DNA of 64,000 bases from Crocinitomicaceae bacterium. GTDB taxonomy: Bacteria; Bacteroidota; Bacteroidia; Flavobacteriales_D; Crocinitomicaceae. The stretch spans positions 37,411 to 101,410 of the forward strand of contig JAXITO010000003.1 in the NCBI GenBank assembly GCA_034680045.1. Direction: 5' to 3'. The translations under genes and the position numbers were made by a program. The first letter of the stretch is position 1. Each line of letters starts with the position of its first letter. This document shows positions 40,985-51,277 of this stretch, one piece after another. The notes beneath the pieces are model-generated. The model was given only the letters and a program-made list of their open reading frames with translations, made no database searches and had not been told where the DNA came from.

Positions 40985-41004
40985 TTGTTAATAATTGTTA
41001 ATAT
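40985..41004. repeat. Tandem 10-bp direct repeat TTGTTAATAA/TTGTTAATAT
   Basis: Read directly. It lies about 100 nt upstream of mraZ. Confidence 0.6.
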
Positions 41005-41055
41005 GTAACCTTTAATGGCTCTATACGTTAGAAGTTATCAACAATACAAAAAAGC

Positions 41056-41072
41056 AGTGGTAAAAAGTGGTA
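41056..41072 (+). promoter_or_regulatory. Direct repeat AGTGGTA x2 with a 10-bp period (candidate MraZ boxes)
   Basis: AGTGGTAAAAAGTGGTA, 32 nt upstream of the mraZ ATG. The GTGG-type repeats and their phasing resemble described MraZ operators. Confidence 0.45.
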
Positions 41073-41103
41073 GGAATCTACTAATTTTACCCATTATAAC
41101 GCT

Positions 41104-41562
41104 ATGTCAGGACTAGTAGGTGAATTTGAGGTAAAAATGGATGATAAGGGGCGCTTCCTCTTTCCATCTGGTTTGCGCAAACAATTGCCTGCTGTTTCCC
41201 ATCGCGATTTCATGCTCAACAAGGGTTTTGAAGATTGCCTGACCTTATTCCCACTTTCAGATTGGGAACGCATCAGTCAGAAGCTTTCAAAAATGAACTT
41301 GTTCAAACCCAAAAACCGAATGTTCTACAGGTTGTTTCATCAGGGTGCCAAGCAGGTTGCTCTTGATAACGCTGGTCGTATTTTGGTTCCTGCCGCTTTA
41401 ATGGAGCGGGTTGGATTGGTTGCTGAGGTAATGCTTATTGCCTACAACGACCGCATTGAAATTTGGGATAAGTCTAAGTACTTCGAAATGATCGAAGGCA
41501 ACATGGCAGATTTCGCTGATTTAGCGGATGAAGTAATGGGTGATTTAGACAATGAAGATTAA
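41104..41562 (+). CDS. mraZ: Transcriptional regulator MraZ
   Basis: 152 aa. Two SpoVT/AbrB-like halves (DDKGRFLFPSGLR and DNAGRILVPAAL). First gene of the dcw cluster. Confidence 0.93.
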   Translation: MSGLVGEFEVKMDDKGRFLFPSGLRKQLPAVSHRDFMLNKGFEDCLTLFPLSDWERISQKLSKMNLFKPKNRMFYRLFHQGAKQVALDNAGRILVPAALMERVGLVAEVMLIAYNDRIEIWDKSKYFEMIEGNMADFADLADEVMGDLDNED

Positions 41563-42466
41563 TACCGACTATCACATTCCCGTCATGTTGCAACCTTGCC
41601 TAGAAGGCTTAGCTCTTCAGGCCAACGGCATTTATGTCGATGTCACCTTTGGCGGAGGCGGTCATTCACGCGCTATTTTTGAACAACTTTCACCAAAAGG
41701 AAAATTAGTTGTCTTTGATCAAGACCCTGATGCGCTTAACAATACCTGGGAGGCGCCTAATTTTCATTTTGTTCCGGCTAATTTTGCTTTTCTAAGAAAT
41801 CACTTGCGCGCACTTGGTATGCCACAGGTCGATGGCATCATTGCAGACCTCGGGGTTTCTTCACATCAGTTTGATACCGCACAGCGCGGTTTTAGCATCC
41901 GCGAAGACGCACCTCTAGACATGCGCATGAACCGCAATGGCGGCCAAACGGCAGCAGCGCTTATTGCCAGTGCCGACGAACAAAAGCTTGCTTCTATTTT
42001 ATACGAATACGGAGAGCTCCGAAACTCAAGAGCTTTGGCGGCGGCCCTCGTGCGCCAGCGCGATAACGCAGCTATTCTTACCACTTTTGATTTGATCAAA
42101 GCTTTAGCGCGCTTTGCTCCCAAGTTTAAAGACCATAAATTTTATGCGCAGGTTTTTCAAGCTTTTCGCATAGAAGTCAATCAAGAAATGCAGGTACTCA
42201 AAGATTTTTTGGAGCAAGCTGCACAAATTCTCAAGCCAGATGGGCGCTTGGTGGTGATGTCCTACCACTCTCTTGAAGACCGCTTAGTCAAGAATTTCAT
42301 GAAAAGAGGCAGTTTTTCAGGTGAAATCGAAAAAGATTTTTTCGGCAATGTTCAAAAGCCGCTCACTGAAGTGAACCGCCATCCGATTATTGCCGATGCA
42401 ACGGAGTGCGAGCGCAACTCCAGAGCCCGTAGTGCCAAACTTAGAATTGCAAAGAAAAATGGCTAA
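41552..42466 (+). CDS. rsmH: 16S rRNA (cytosine1402-N4)-methyltransferase
   Basis: HIPVML, DVTFGGGGHS and DLGVSSHQ motifs. Confidence 0.95.
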   Translation: MKINTDYHIPVMLQPCLEGLALQANGIYVDVTFGGGGHSRAIFEQLSPKGKLVVFDQDPDALNNTWEAPNFHFVPANFAFLRNHLRALGMPQVDGIIADLGVSSHQFDTAQRGFSIREDAPLDMRMNRNGGQTAAALIASADEQKLASILYEYGELRNSRALAAALVRQRDNAAILTTFDLIKALARFAPKFKDHKFYAQVFQAFRIEVNQEMQVLKDFLEQAAQILKPDGRLVVMSYHSLEDRLVKNFMKRGSFSGEIEKDFFGNVQKPLTEVNRHPIIADATECERNSRARSAKLRIAKKNG

Positions 42467-42827
42467 AACACAGGATGCTACAACGAAAAGTCGCAAAGGC
42501 GGAAAGGTAAATGCATTTGCACAAATCCTGAATGGAGATTTCCTGACCAAATCATTCGTTTTAGACAACCTCAATTATATCTTTTTCATCATGTTTTTGC
42601 TATTAGTGCTCATTTCAAAAGGCTACTATGGCAAACAACTCAACAAAGACACCGACGCCGCACAGCGCAACCTAGACCAACACTCCGCAGAGTTCATAGA
42701 AGCTAAAGCAAGATTGGAATTGGTAACCCGCCGCTTCAAAATGGCAGAAAGACTGGCCTCACGAGAGCTCAAAGAAACCCAGAATGCTACTAAAGTGATT
42801 CGCATCAAAGAAAAAATCAATGAGTAA
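42459..42827 (+). CDS. ftsL: FtsL-like cell-division protein
   Basis: Small bitopic protein (transmembrane helix YIFFIMFLLLVLI) followed by a coiled-coil, in the conserved position between rsmH and ftsI. Start moved to the ATG at 42459. Confidence 0.7.
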   Translation: MAKTQDATTKSRKGGKVNAFAQILNGDFLTKSFVLDNLNYIFFIMFLLLVLISKGYYGKQLNKDTDAAQRNLDQHSAEFIEAKARLELVTRRFKMAERLASRELKETQNATKVIRIKEKINE

Positions 42828-44931
42828 GGATAGAAAATACCTCTATTACCGTGCTTACCTGATTTATTTTGGGTTTGTCTTCCTGATGGTGGCTGTCTTG
42901 TACTCTACCATCAAGTTACAACTGAATGGCCCTGGGGTGGCATTTGAAACCAAAGAAGGTGAACTTCCTACACGTGTTGCCGACCGCATTCCGCGCATGG
43001 GTCAAATTCTAGATCACAATGAAGTTCCGCTCGTTACGAGTATTACTTTTTACGACATCTACATGGATCCAACAGTCGTAGAAGATGACATTTTTGACGA
43101 AAAGGTCGGAGCGTTGAGCCAAGGTTTACATCGCTTGTATCCAGATAAACCGGCATATCAATACGAAAGTCAAATAAGGAAAGCCAGGGCTAATGGAGTG
43201 CGTTACCTTCTTATTCGTAGAAAAGTAACCAACGCAGCCCGCAAGAAATTACGCAAATTACCCATTTTTGACCTCGGACAAATGAAAGGTGGCATCATTG
43301 ACAACGTGGAGGTCATTATGCGCAAAAAGCCATTTGGCAACCTTTTAAATAGAACACTCGGTTATTATAAAATCAACGATGCTGCTGATACACTCCGTGT
43401 TGGTATTGAAGGCGCATATTACGATTACTTGAAAGGTGAAGAAGGCAAAGAAATAGAGCAACGCATTTCTTCAGGCTGGAAACGCACAGGTAAAATCATC
43501 AAAGATGCAGTAGAGGGTGCCGATGTCGTGACCACCATCGATAAAGAAATTCAAGAGGTGGCGCACTCCGAGCTCGAAAAGCAAATGATCTTTATGGATG
43601 CACAGCACGGCAGCGTGATCTTAATGGAAGTGCAAACTGGTTATGTGAGAGCAATCGCCAACCTGACAAAAATCAGCAAGGGTAAATATGCCGAAAATTT
43701 CAATTACGCAATTGGGCATCTGGAGGTTCCGGGCTCAACTTTTAAATTGGCTTCCATTATGGCTGGGCTCGAAGACGAGCGCTTTCAAATTACAGATAAA
43801 GTAAATGCATCGGGCCGTTACAATGTAGGCGGCGACGGCATGTCTGACTCTAATCACGGCATGGGGTATGGCGTCATCACCATACAGAAAGCCTTTGAAA
43901 AATCGTCGAATGTAATTTTGCAATTGATCAACCGCTCTTATAAAAACGACCCTGAAGTTTTTATCAAGCGCTTAGAACAATTTGGCCTCACCGAAAAATT
44001 AGGCATAGACTTAGAAGGTGAGCCACGTCCGAAGGTAACCAAGCCGGGCGACTCCAATTGGTCTGCGCTTTCTTTGCCTTGGCAAGCAGTTGGTTATGAA
44101 GTCATGCAAACCCCGCTTCAAACATTGTCTTTTTACAATGCAGTTGCCAACAAAGGGAAATTGGTTCGTCCTTTATTTGTAGAGAAAATCAAAAGACACG
44201 GCCAAGTCATCAAAACCTTCAATCCGGTTGTGCTCAATCCTGAAATTTGTTCGAGCCATACGCTTCAAATTTTGCAGCGTTGTTTGGAGGGTGTCATGAT
44301 TCGTGGAACTGGTAAACAATTGAAAAGTTCGTTGTTCACCATCGCAGGTAAAACAGGAACAGCCGTATTGCGAGGCGATGGCGGCTATCGCAACAACACC
44401 GAAGCGAAGTCTTACCAAGCTTCTTTTGTGGGTTATTTCCCTGCTAAAAAACCTATTTATTCCTGTATTGTCGTGATTGCTCGTCCTGTGCGTGCTTACT
44501 ACGGCGCAGCTGTATCCGGGACCGTTTTTGCAGAAATAGCCAATAAAATTTATGCGTCTTCTTTGCAATACCATCGCGCCATCAACGACCCCCGTAATCC
44601 TATGGCTAGTGATGTGCCTTCTTTCAAAAGTGGCAATAGCAAAGACCTCACGTATCTGCTCAAGCAGCTCAATGTTCGCTACCAACAAAACGCATCTAGT
44701 GAATGGGTGCAGTCCGACACAACAGACAAACGCTTGCAAATTCAACGCAAAGCGATCCTCGATAAAAAAGTACCGAATGTCAGTGGCATGAGTGCCAAAG
44801 ATGCGGTTTACTTGCTAGAGTCGAGAGGTTTAATTGTTCGCCTCAGCGGTAAAGGAAAAGTCGTTAACCAATCATTGTCTCCGGGTTCAGCACTCGTTAA
44901 CGGGCAATTGATTCATATCAAATTAAATTAA
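42820..44931 (+). CDS. ftsI: Penicillin-binding protein (FtsI/PBP3-type transpeptidase) with a C-terminal PASTA domain
   Basis: N-terminal transmembrane helix, SxxK motif GSTFK, KTGT motif, and a C-terminal VPNVSGMSAKDAVYLLESRGL PASTA-like segment. Confidence 0.92.
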   Translation: MSKDRKYLYYRAYLIYFGFVFLMVAVLYSTIKLQLNGPGVAFETKEGELPTRVADRIPRMGQILDHNEVPLVTSITFYDIYMDPTVVEDDIFDEKVGALSQGLHRLYPDKPAYQYESQIRKARANGVRYLLIRRKVTNAARKKLRKLPIFDLGQMKGGIIDNVEVIMRKKPFGNLLNRTLGYYKINDAADTLRVGIEGAYYDYLKGEEGKEIEQRISSGWKRTGKIIKDAVEGADVVTTIDKEIQEVAHSELEKQMIFMDAQHGSVILMEVQTGYVRAIANLTKISKGKYAENFNYAIGHLEVPGSTFKLASIMAGLEDERFQITDKVNASGRYNVGGDGMSDSNHGMGYGVITIQKAFEKSSNVILQLINRSYKNDPEVFIKRLEQFGLTEKLGIDLEGEPRPKVTKPGDSNWSALSLPWQAVGYEVMQTPLQTLSFYNAVANKGKLVRPLFVEKIKRHGQVIKTFNPVVLNPEICSSHTLQILQRCLEGVMIRGTGKQLKSSLFTIAGKTGTAVLRGDGGYRNNTEAKSYQASFVGYFPAKKPIYSCIVVIARPVRAYYGAAVSGTVFAEIANKIYASSLQYHRAINDPRNPMASDVPSFKSGNSKDLTYLLKQLNVRYQQNASSEWVQSDTTDKRLQIQRKAILDKKVPNVSGMSAKDAVYLLESRGLIVRLSGKGKVVNQSLSPGSALVNGQLIHIKLN

Positions 44932-44932
44932 A

Positions 44933-46390
44933 ATGCTTCAGTTCAAACAGTTATTGGTAGCGCTTGCGCATACATTGCAGCAAGGAAACTTGGAGCAAAC
45001 CATTACTGAACTCGTTTTTGATTCAAGGAAAGCAAAAGAAGGTGCTTTGTTTTGTTGCATTGTGGGCACACAAACCGATGGCCATCAGTATGCGCAGCAG
45101 GCCTACCAACAAGGTTGTCGCGTATTTGTGGTTCAGCAAACCATTGATTTGCCTCAAGATGCCACAATTGTCAAAGTGACAAATACCAACTTTGCTTTGG
45201 CCGAGTTAGCTTGTGCTTTTTACGGTAATCCTTCACAGCAACTCACGCTGGTGGGTGTTACCGGAACAAATGGCAAAACTACTACGGCCACTTTACTCCA
45301 CGATTTATTCACTCAATTGGGTTTTTATTGTGGTTTGCTTTCCACGGTTGTCAATAAGATTGGTACGCAAGCAATTACTGCAACCCATACCACGCCAGAC
45401 CCTGTTGCGCTCAATGCTTTGCTCCGCGAAATGGTGAGTGCGGGCTGTCAATATTGCTTCATGGAGGTAAGTTCGCATGCCATTGATCAGGGTCGCATTG
45501 GCGGTTTGCACTTTGCCGCAGCTGGTTTTACAAACATCACCCACGACCACCTCGACTACCACCATACCTTCGCCGAATATTTGCGCGTGAAAAAAGCATT
45601 TTTTGACGGGCTCACTGCTCAAGCAATTACACTTGTTAATACCGACGATAAAAACGGGATGGTGATGCTGCAAAACACGCGCGCCAAAAAAATGACTTAT
45701 GCGCTCAAGACCCCTGCCGATTTCAAAGGTAAAATCATCGAAAATAGCCTGGGTGGTTTGGTGCTGCAAATAAACGGCAATGAAGTGCATACGCGTTTGG
45801 TGGGTGCTTTCAATGCATCCAACTTACTTTTAGTATATGGCTTAGCTACTGGTTTAGGTCAAGAACCTATGGAAGTGTTGCGCGTTTTGAGTCAGCTCAC
45901 ACACGTGGCTGGGCGCTTTGAGCACCTCACGAGTCCAAAAGGCATTACGGCTATTGTCGATTACGCACATACACCAGATGCACTCGAAAACGTGCTCGCT
46001 ACAATTGCTGCTTTTCAGAAAAATAATAAAGTCATTACGGTTGTTGGCTGTGGCGGAGACCGCGACAAAGAGAAGCGGCCAAAAATGGCGGCCATTGCTG
46101 CAGCGCGCAGTCAGCAAGTGGTACTTACTTCTGATAACCCACGCACCGAAGATCCGCAGCAAATTATTGCCGACATGGAAGCAGGCTTAGATGTAGCAGC
46201 TGCAAGCCGCACGCTGGCCGTCCTCGACCGCAAACAAGCAATTAAAACCGCCTTGCTCTTAGCAAACCCAGGCGATATCCTGCTCATTGCAGGCAAGGGT
46301 CACGAGACCTACCAAGAAATCAACGGCGTCCGAACTGATTTTGACGACGTCGCTGTCACTAAAGCACTTTTTAACCAACTCGATAAGTAA
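44933..46390 (+). CDS. murE: UDP-N-acetylmuramoyl-L-alanyl-D-glutamate--2,6-diaminopimelate ligase
   Basis: [12 protein letters not shown]-loop and DNPR(T)ED motif, in the dcw position. Confidence 0.93.
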   Translation: MLQFKQLLVALAHTLQQGNLEQTITELVFDSRKAKEGALFCCIVGTQTDGHQYAQQAYQQGCRVFVVQQTIDLPQDATIVKVTNTNFALAELACAFYGNPSQQLTLVGVTGTNGKTTTATLLHDLFTQLGFYCGLLSTVVNKIGTQAITATHTTPDPVALNALLREMVSAGCQYCFMEVSSHAIDQGRIGGLHFAAAGFTNITHDHLDYHHTFAEYLRVKKAFFDGLTAQAITLVNTDDKNGMVMLQNTRAKKMTYALKTPADFKGKIIENSLGGLVLQINGNEVHTRLVGAFNASNLLLVYGLATGLGQEPMEVLRVLSQLTHVAGRFEHLTSPKGITAIVDYAHTPDALENVLATIAAFQKNNKVITVVGCGGDRDKEKRPKMAAIAAARSQQVVLTSDNPRTEDPQQIIADMEAGLDVAAASRTLAVLDRKQAIKTALLLANPGDILLIAGKGHETYQEINGVRTDFDDVAVTKALFNQLDK

Positions 46391-46391
46391 C

Positions 46392-47636
46392 ATGTTGTAT
46401 TATTTATTTTCCTGGCTCGATCAAATCAATTTTCCTGGTGCAGGTTTGTTTCAGTTTATCTCTTTTCGTGCCTCTTTAGCGCTCATCACCTCTTTGATCG
46501 TTTCGGTGGTAATAGGCAAGCGCATCATTGCCCGCCTTCGTTACCAACAAATTGGCGAAACCGTTCGCGATCTCGGTTTGGCTGGGCAATTAGAAAAATC
46601 CGGAACACCAACAATGGGTGGGCTCATCATTCTTGCAGCTATCCTCATTCCAACATTGCTTTTTGCTAAACTGCAAAATGTATATGTCATTACCATGGTC
46701 ATTGCCACTATTTGGTTGGGTTTGATTGGCTTTCTCGACGACTACATTAAAGTTTTCAAGAAGAACAAAGAAGGTTTAAAAGGTACCTCCAAAATTATTG
46801 GTCAAATTGGCGTGGGCCTTATTGTGGGCGGTATTTTATACTTCTCCAACGATGTAGTGGTGCATAAAAGAGTTGCTTCTAACTACAAGCTTCAAGCTGA
46901 CGAAACTTTTGTAACCCACGAGCACGCGCAAAATGCTGGGGAAAATTACAAATGGATCCGCACCGACGACATGACCACCACTATTCCTTTTTTCAAAGGC
47001 AATGAATTCAATTACAACTGGCTCATTGGCGATATCAATAAATCCTACGGCTGGCTCATTTTTATTCCAATCGTCATTTTTATCGTCATTGCTGTTTCAA
47101 ATGGTGCCAACATGACCGATGGCCTAGATGGTTTGGCAACAGGAACCTCTGCTATTATCGGAATTGCTTTGGCTGTTTTGGCTTACGTGAGTTCTCACGC
47201 CAAATTTGCCGATTACCTCAATGTAATGTATATCCCAGAAGCAGAAGAGTTAGTCATCTTTATTGCGGCCTTTGTTGGCGCATGCGTAGGTTTTCTTTGG
47301 TACAATGCCTTTCCAGCGCAAGTTTTCATGGGTGATACCGGCAGCCTCGCTTTGGGTGGCATCATCGCTGTTTTTGCAATTGCCATTCGCAAAGAATTGC
47401 TTATCCCTGTTTTGTGCGGCATTTTTCTAATTGAAAATGTATCGGTGATGATGCAGGTAGGCTATTTCAAATACACCAAAAAGCGCTACGGCGAGGGTAG
47501 GCGGGTCCTGTTAATGGCGCCTCTGCATCACCACTACCAAAAACAAGGAATCCACGAAGCTAAAATTGTTGCCCGCTTCTGGATTGTAGCTGTATTGTTG
47601 GCCGTGATCACAATTGTAACGCTCAAATTACGCTAA
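46392..47636 (+). CDS. mraY: Phospho-N-acetylmuramoyl-pentapeptide transferase
   Basis: Start moved to MLYYLFSWL. Motifs [13 protein letters not shown] and [11 protein letters not shown]. Confidence 0.95.
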   Translation: MLYYLFSWLDQINFPGAGLFQFISFRASLALITSLIVSVVIGKRIIARLRYQQIGETVRDLGLAGQLEKSGTPTMGGLIILAAILIPTLLFAKLQNVYVITMVIATIWLGLIGFLDDYIKVFKKNKEGLKGTSKIIGQIGVGLIVGGILYFSNDVVVHKRVASNYKLQADETFVTHEHAQNAGENYKWIRTDDMTTTIPFFKGNEFNYNWLIGDINKSYGWLIFIPIVIFIVIAVSNGANMTDGLDGLATGTSAIIGIALAVLAYVSSHAKFADYLNVMYIPEAEELVIFIAAFVGACVGFLWYNAFPAQVFMGDTGSLALGGIIAVFAIAIRKELLIPVLCGIFLIENVSVMMQVGYFKYTKKRYGEGRRVLLMAPLHHHYQKQGIHEAKIVARFWIVAVLLAVITIVTLKLR

Positions 47637-47637
47637 A

Positions 47638-48984
47638 ATGGAGGCTCAAAATCGCTTGCTTGTTATTTTAGGCGCTGGTGAATCTGGCGTTGGAGCAGCT
47701 ATTTTGGCGCAGGCGAAAGGATGGCGCGTTTTTGTTTCGGATGGCGCAAACGTCAAACCTTCTTTTCAACAAGAATTAAACAAGCAGCGCATCGCTTTTG
47801 AGTCAGGTTCACATGATTTATCTCGAATCCTTAGCGCCAATCTAATTATAAAATCTCCAGGAATTCCAGAGAAGGCGGCAATCATGCAGGCCATTCGCCA
47901 AAAGGGAATTCAAGTCATTTCAGAAATCGAGTTTGGCGGCTATTACTCCAATGCAAAGCATATTTGTATTACGGGTAGCAACGGCAAAACCACGACTACC
48001 ATGTGGTGTTACCATATGCTGAAAAAGGCAGGTTTAAATGTCGGTTTAGCTGGCAATGTTGGGCAAAGTTTTGCCAAGCAAATTGCCACTGAGGCTTTCG
48101 ATATTTATGTTTTGGAGCTCAGTTCTTTTCAGCTAGACGACATGTATGCCTTTCGAGCAGATATCGCTATTCTAACCAATATTACGCCCGACCACCTCGA
48201 CCGCTACGATTACCAAATGGACAACTACGTGCGTTCGAAATTCCGCATACTTCAAAACCAAACGGCCGCAGATCATTTCATCTACAATGCCGATGATGCC
48301 ACGATCAATTCCTACTTAAAAGGAATATCAACCAATGCCCAATTAGCACCTTTTTCACTGACAACAGTTCAGGAGAACGGGGGCTACGCAGACCAGCAAC
48401 AACTATACATCAACATAAACAAACAACAACTCACCATGTCTATTCACGATTTAGCTCTCAAAGGAAAGCACAACACCCAAAATGCGCTTGCAGCAGGGAT
48501 TGCAGCAAGGCTTGTAGAAATCCGAACGGATTCCGTGCGCGAAAGTTTACAAGATTTTACCAATGTCGAGCACCGCATGGAATTTGTGGCTAAAGTCAAC
48601 GGGATTGAATTCATCAATGACTCTAAAGCTACCAATGTCAATGCAGCTTGGTTTGCGCTTGAATCCATGGACAAACCAACCGTTTGGATTGTTGGTGGTG
48701 TAGACAAAGGCAATGATTACAGTGAATTAGAGGAACTCGTTTCTCAAAAAGTGAAGTCAATTGTTTGTCTTGGTGTAGATAACCAAAAAATCATCGAAGC
48801 CTTTACTGGTAAAGTAGAGGTGATTGTGGAGGCCAAAACCGCGCACGAAGCAGTTGCTTTTGCCTACCAATTGGCAAGAAAAGAGGAAACCGTACTTCTA
48901 TCTCCGGCTTGTGCAAGTTTTGATTTATTCGCAGACTATGAGGACAGAGGTCAGCAATTTAAACAAGCAGTTCGCATGTTATAA
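47638..48984 (+). CDS. murD: UDP-N-acetylmuramoylalanine--D-glutamate ligase
   Basis: GAGESGVGAA N-terminus and the ITGSNGKTTTT P-loop. Confidence 0.94.
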   Translation: MEAQNRLLVILGAGESGVGAAILAQAKGWRVFVSDGANVKPSFQQELNKQRIAFESGSHDLSRILSANLIIKSPGIPEKAAIMQAIRQKGIQVISEIEFGGYYSNAKHICITGSNGKTTTTMWCYHMLKKAGLNVGLAGNVGQSFAKQIATEAFDIYVLELSSFQLDDMYAFRADIAILTNITPDHLDRYDYQMDNYVRSKFRILQNQTAADHFIYNADDATINSYLKGISTNAQLAPFSLTTVQENGGYADQQQLYININKQQLTMSIHDLALKGKHNTQNALAAGIAARLVEIRTDSVRESLQDFTNVEHRMEFVAKVNGIEFINDSKATNVNAAWFALESMDKPTVWIVGGVDKGNDYSELEELVSQKVKSIVCLGVDNQKIIEAFTGKVEVIVEAKTAHEAVAFAYQLARKEETVLLSPACASFDLFADYEDRGQQFKQAVRML

Positions 48985-48993
48985 TTTGGTGAA

Positions 48994-50187
48994 ATGAGAA
49001 CTTACCTTTCTTATCTCAAAGGCGATCCCGTCATTTGGATCATTACTTTGCTAATGATGGCATTTTCGTTGGTCACGGTGTATAGTTTCGTGCCTATCTT
49101 GATCAAGATAGAGGGAGGTTCTCCATTTTTTTATTTATTCAAACATCTTATTTATGTCGTACTAGGTTTTGGTGCAATGTACGGCATCCATAGGGTACCA
49201 GCAAAATACATTAGCCAAACTGCTAAGTTCGCTTATTATTTGGGCTTAGGACTTTTGTTGTTTACTTGGTTTTTTGGTGCAGAAGTCAATGGCGCAGGTC
49301 GTTGGATCCGCATTCCTTTTATCAATTTAACTTTTCAATCTTCAGATTTTGCCAAGTTGGCACTCATCATTTACGTGAGTAAATTATTGGTGAAGAAGCA
49401 GCAAAAACTCGATAGCTGGCGAGACGGCATCGTACCTTTATTGTTGCCAATTGGGGCAACTTGTGTACTTATTCTAAAGGATAATTTCTCGACTTCAGCC
49501 ATGCTATTTATGTTGAGCATGATCATGCTGTATATAGGTCGGGTACCCATATTAAAATTGCTTACGCTTGCAGGAGCTGGAATAGTGGCAGTGTTGCTGA
49601 TTGTCGGTGCACATTTGGCCTTGCCAGAGGCTGAAATCTTGCCGCGCTACGATACCTGGATGAACCGTATCAATAACCGTGTAGACACCGCAGAACAAAG
49701 TGTGGAAAGTTTGCAAGCCAATCAGCAGGCCAACAATGCAAAGTTGGCTATCTCCGTAGGCTCCATATTCGGACAAGGTGTGGGTGACGGCAAGCTCAAG
49801 GAGTTTCTTCCTGAAGCCTATGCCGATTTTTACTACGCCACTTTTGTGGAAGAATTTGGTTTTGCATCAGCTTTCTTCTTGGTGCTCATGTACCTGATTT
49901 TACTTTTTCGCATGATCCGTTTTGCACTCAAGACCACCGATTTATTTCAAAGTTATGTAGCGCTTGGTATTGGCATTCACTTGCTGACCCAAGCGAGTAT
50001 CAATATGTTGGTCTGTACAGGTGTTTTTCCTGTAACAGGTCAAAACATGCCTTTTTTGGCAATGGGAGGTTCTGCATTGGTCATGGCTTGTGTCTCCATT
50101 GGTGTGGTGCAGTCTTTTGCCAAAGAACTTCCGAAGAATGAGCAAGAGAATCAATTTGCAAGCCCTCAAGAAAATGAAATTGACTAA
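48994..50187 (+). CDS. ftsW: SEDS-family cell-division protein FtsW
   Basis: About 10 transmembrane helices, a SEDS signature (PVTGQNMPFLAMGGSA), in the dcw position. Confidence 0.9.
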   Translation: MRTYLSYLKGDPVIWIITLLMMAFSLVTVYSFVPILIKIEGGSPFFYLFKHLIYVVLGFGAMYGIHRVPAKYISQTAKFAYYLGLGLLLFTWFFGAEVNGAGRWIRIPFINLTFQSSDFAKLALIIYVSKLLVKKQQKLDSWRDGIVPLLLPIGATCVLILKDNFSTSAMLFMLSMIMLYIGRVPILKLLTLAGAGIVAVLLIVGAHLALPEAEILPRYDTWMNRINNRVDTAEQSVESLQANQQANNAKLAISVGSIFGQGVGDGKLKEFLPEAYADFYYATFVEEFGFASAFFLVLMYLILLFRMIRFALKTTDLFQSYVALGIGIHLLTQASINMLVCTGVFPVTGQNMPFLAMGGSALVMACVSIGVVQSFAKELPKNEQENQFASPQENEID

Positions 50188-51277
50188 AGTAATCATCTCT
50201 GGCGGTGGCACAGGTGGCCATATTTTTCCAGCTTTGGCCATTGCCGATGAAATCAAACGCAGCAATAGCAATGCAGACATTTTGTTTATTGGCGCCGAAG
50301 GAAAAATGGAAATGGAAAAAGTGCCACAAGCTGGTTATCCGATTGTAGGATTACCCATCATGGGCTTGCAGCGCAAACTGACTTTGAAAAACCTGTTATT
50401 GCCATTTAAAATTGTCCAGAGTTTGCTCAAAGCATTTTTTGTCATCCGGCGCTTTAAGCCTGAATTGGTGATTGGTGTGGGTGGTTATGCGAGCGGACCA
50501 ACCTTACAAATGGCCCAATTACTGGGTGTTCCGACTTTATTACAAGAACAAAATTCCTTTCCAGGAAAAACCAACCAAATACTAGCACGTAAAGCGAAGG
50601 CAATTTGTGTGGCTTATCCTAACATGGAAAAATTCTTTGACCCGAAAAAAATCACACTTACTGGTAATCCGGTGCGGGCCTATTTGCTGCAAGACCTCTC
50701 TGTGCTCAGAGCGGAAGCAGCACAGCATTTTGGCCTCGATCCAAATAAGGCCACCCTATTTGTCATGGGCGGGAGTCTAGGTGCTAAAACATTAAACATA
50801 GCGCTTCGTGCGGCGCTTCCTACTTTTGAAGCGGGAACCATACAAGTATTATGGCAATGCGGGAAGTCCTATGAGCAAGAATTAGCTTCATTCGAAGCAG
50901 GTTTACCTGCCAACGTGAAGGTCTTTCCATTTATCCAAAGAATGGACCTCGCTTATGCGCTATCCACCGTTATTATTTCTCGTGCAGGCGCACTTTCAGT
51001 AAGTGAGTTAGCACTCGTAGCGAAGCCCACCATTTTAGTTCCCTCGCCAAATGTTGCCGAAGACCACCAAACAAAAAATGCCCGCGCACTCGTGGACCGT
51101 TCTGCTGCTCTTTTAGTAAGCGATGCGCAAGCTTCTGAAAAATTAGTGGTTACTGCCATGGATTTAATTTCAGATCTTGCTCAACAACAACAGTTGTCAG
51201 CCGCAATAACTTCATTTGCACTTCCGAACGCTACAAAAGCAATTGTTGAAGTCTGTCTAAATAGCGCAAAGTCATGA
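50174..51277 (+). CDS. murG: UDP-GlcNAc:lipid I N-acetylglucosaminyltransferase
   Basis: Start moved to MKLTKVIISGGGTGGHIFPALA. It overlaps the ftsW end by 14 nt. Confidence 0.94.
   Translation: MKLTKVIISGGGTGGHIFPALAIADEIKRSNSNADILFIGAEGKMEMEKVPQAGYPIVGLPIMGLQRKLTLKNLLLPFKIVQSLLKAFFVIRRFKPELVIGVGGYASGPTLQMAQLLGVPTLLQEQNSFPGKTNQILARKAKAICVAYPNMEKFFDPKKITLTGNPVRAYLLQDLSVLRAEAAQHFGLDPNKATLFVMGGSLGAKTLNIALRAALPTFEAGTIQVLWQCGKSYEQELASFEAGLPANVKVFPFIQRMDLAYALSTVIISRAGALSVSELALVAKPTILVPSPNVAEDHQTKNARALVDRSAALLVSDAQASEKLVVTAMDLISDLAQQQQLSAAITSFALPNATKAIVEVCLNSAKS

Noticed and set aside
46390-46392. Absence of murF (between murE and mraY) and of ddl from the dcw cluster.
   Set aside because: To my knowledge this is the usual dcw arrangement in Bacteroidota, with murF and ddl encoded elsewhere, so it is not an anomaly of this locus.
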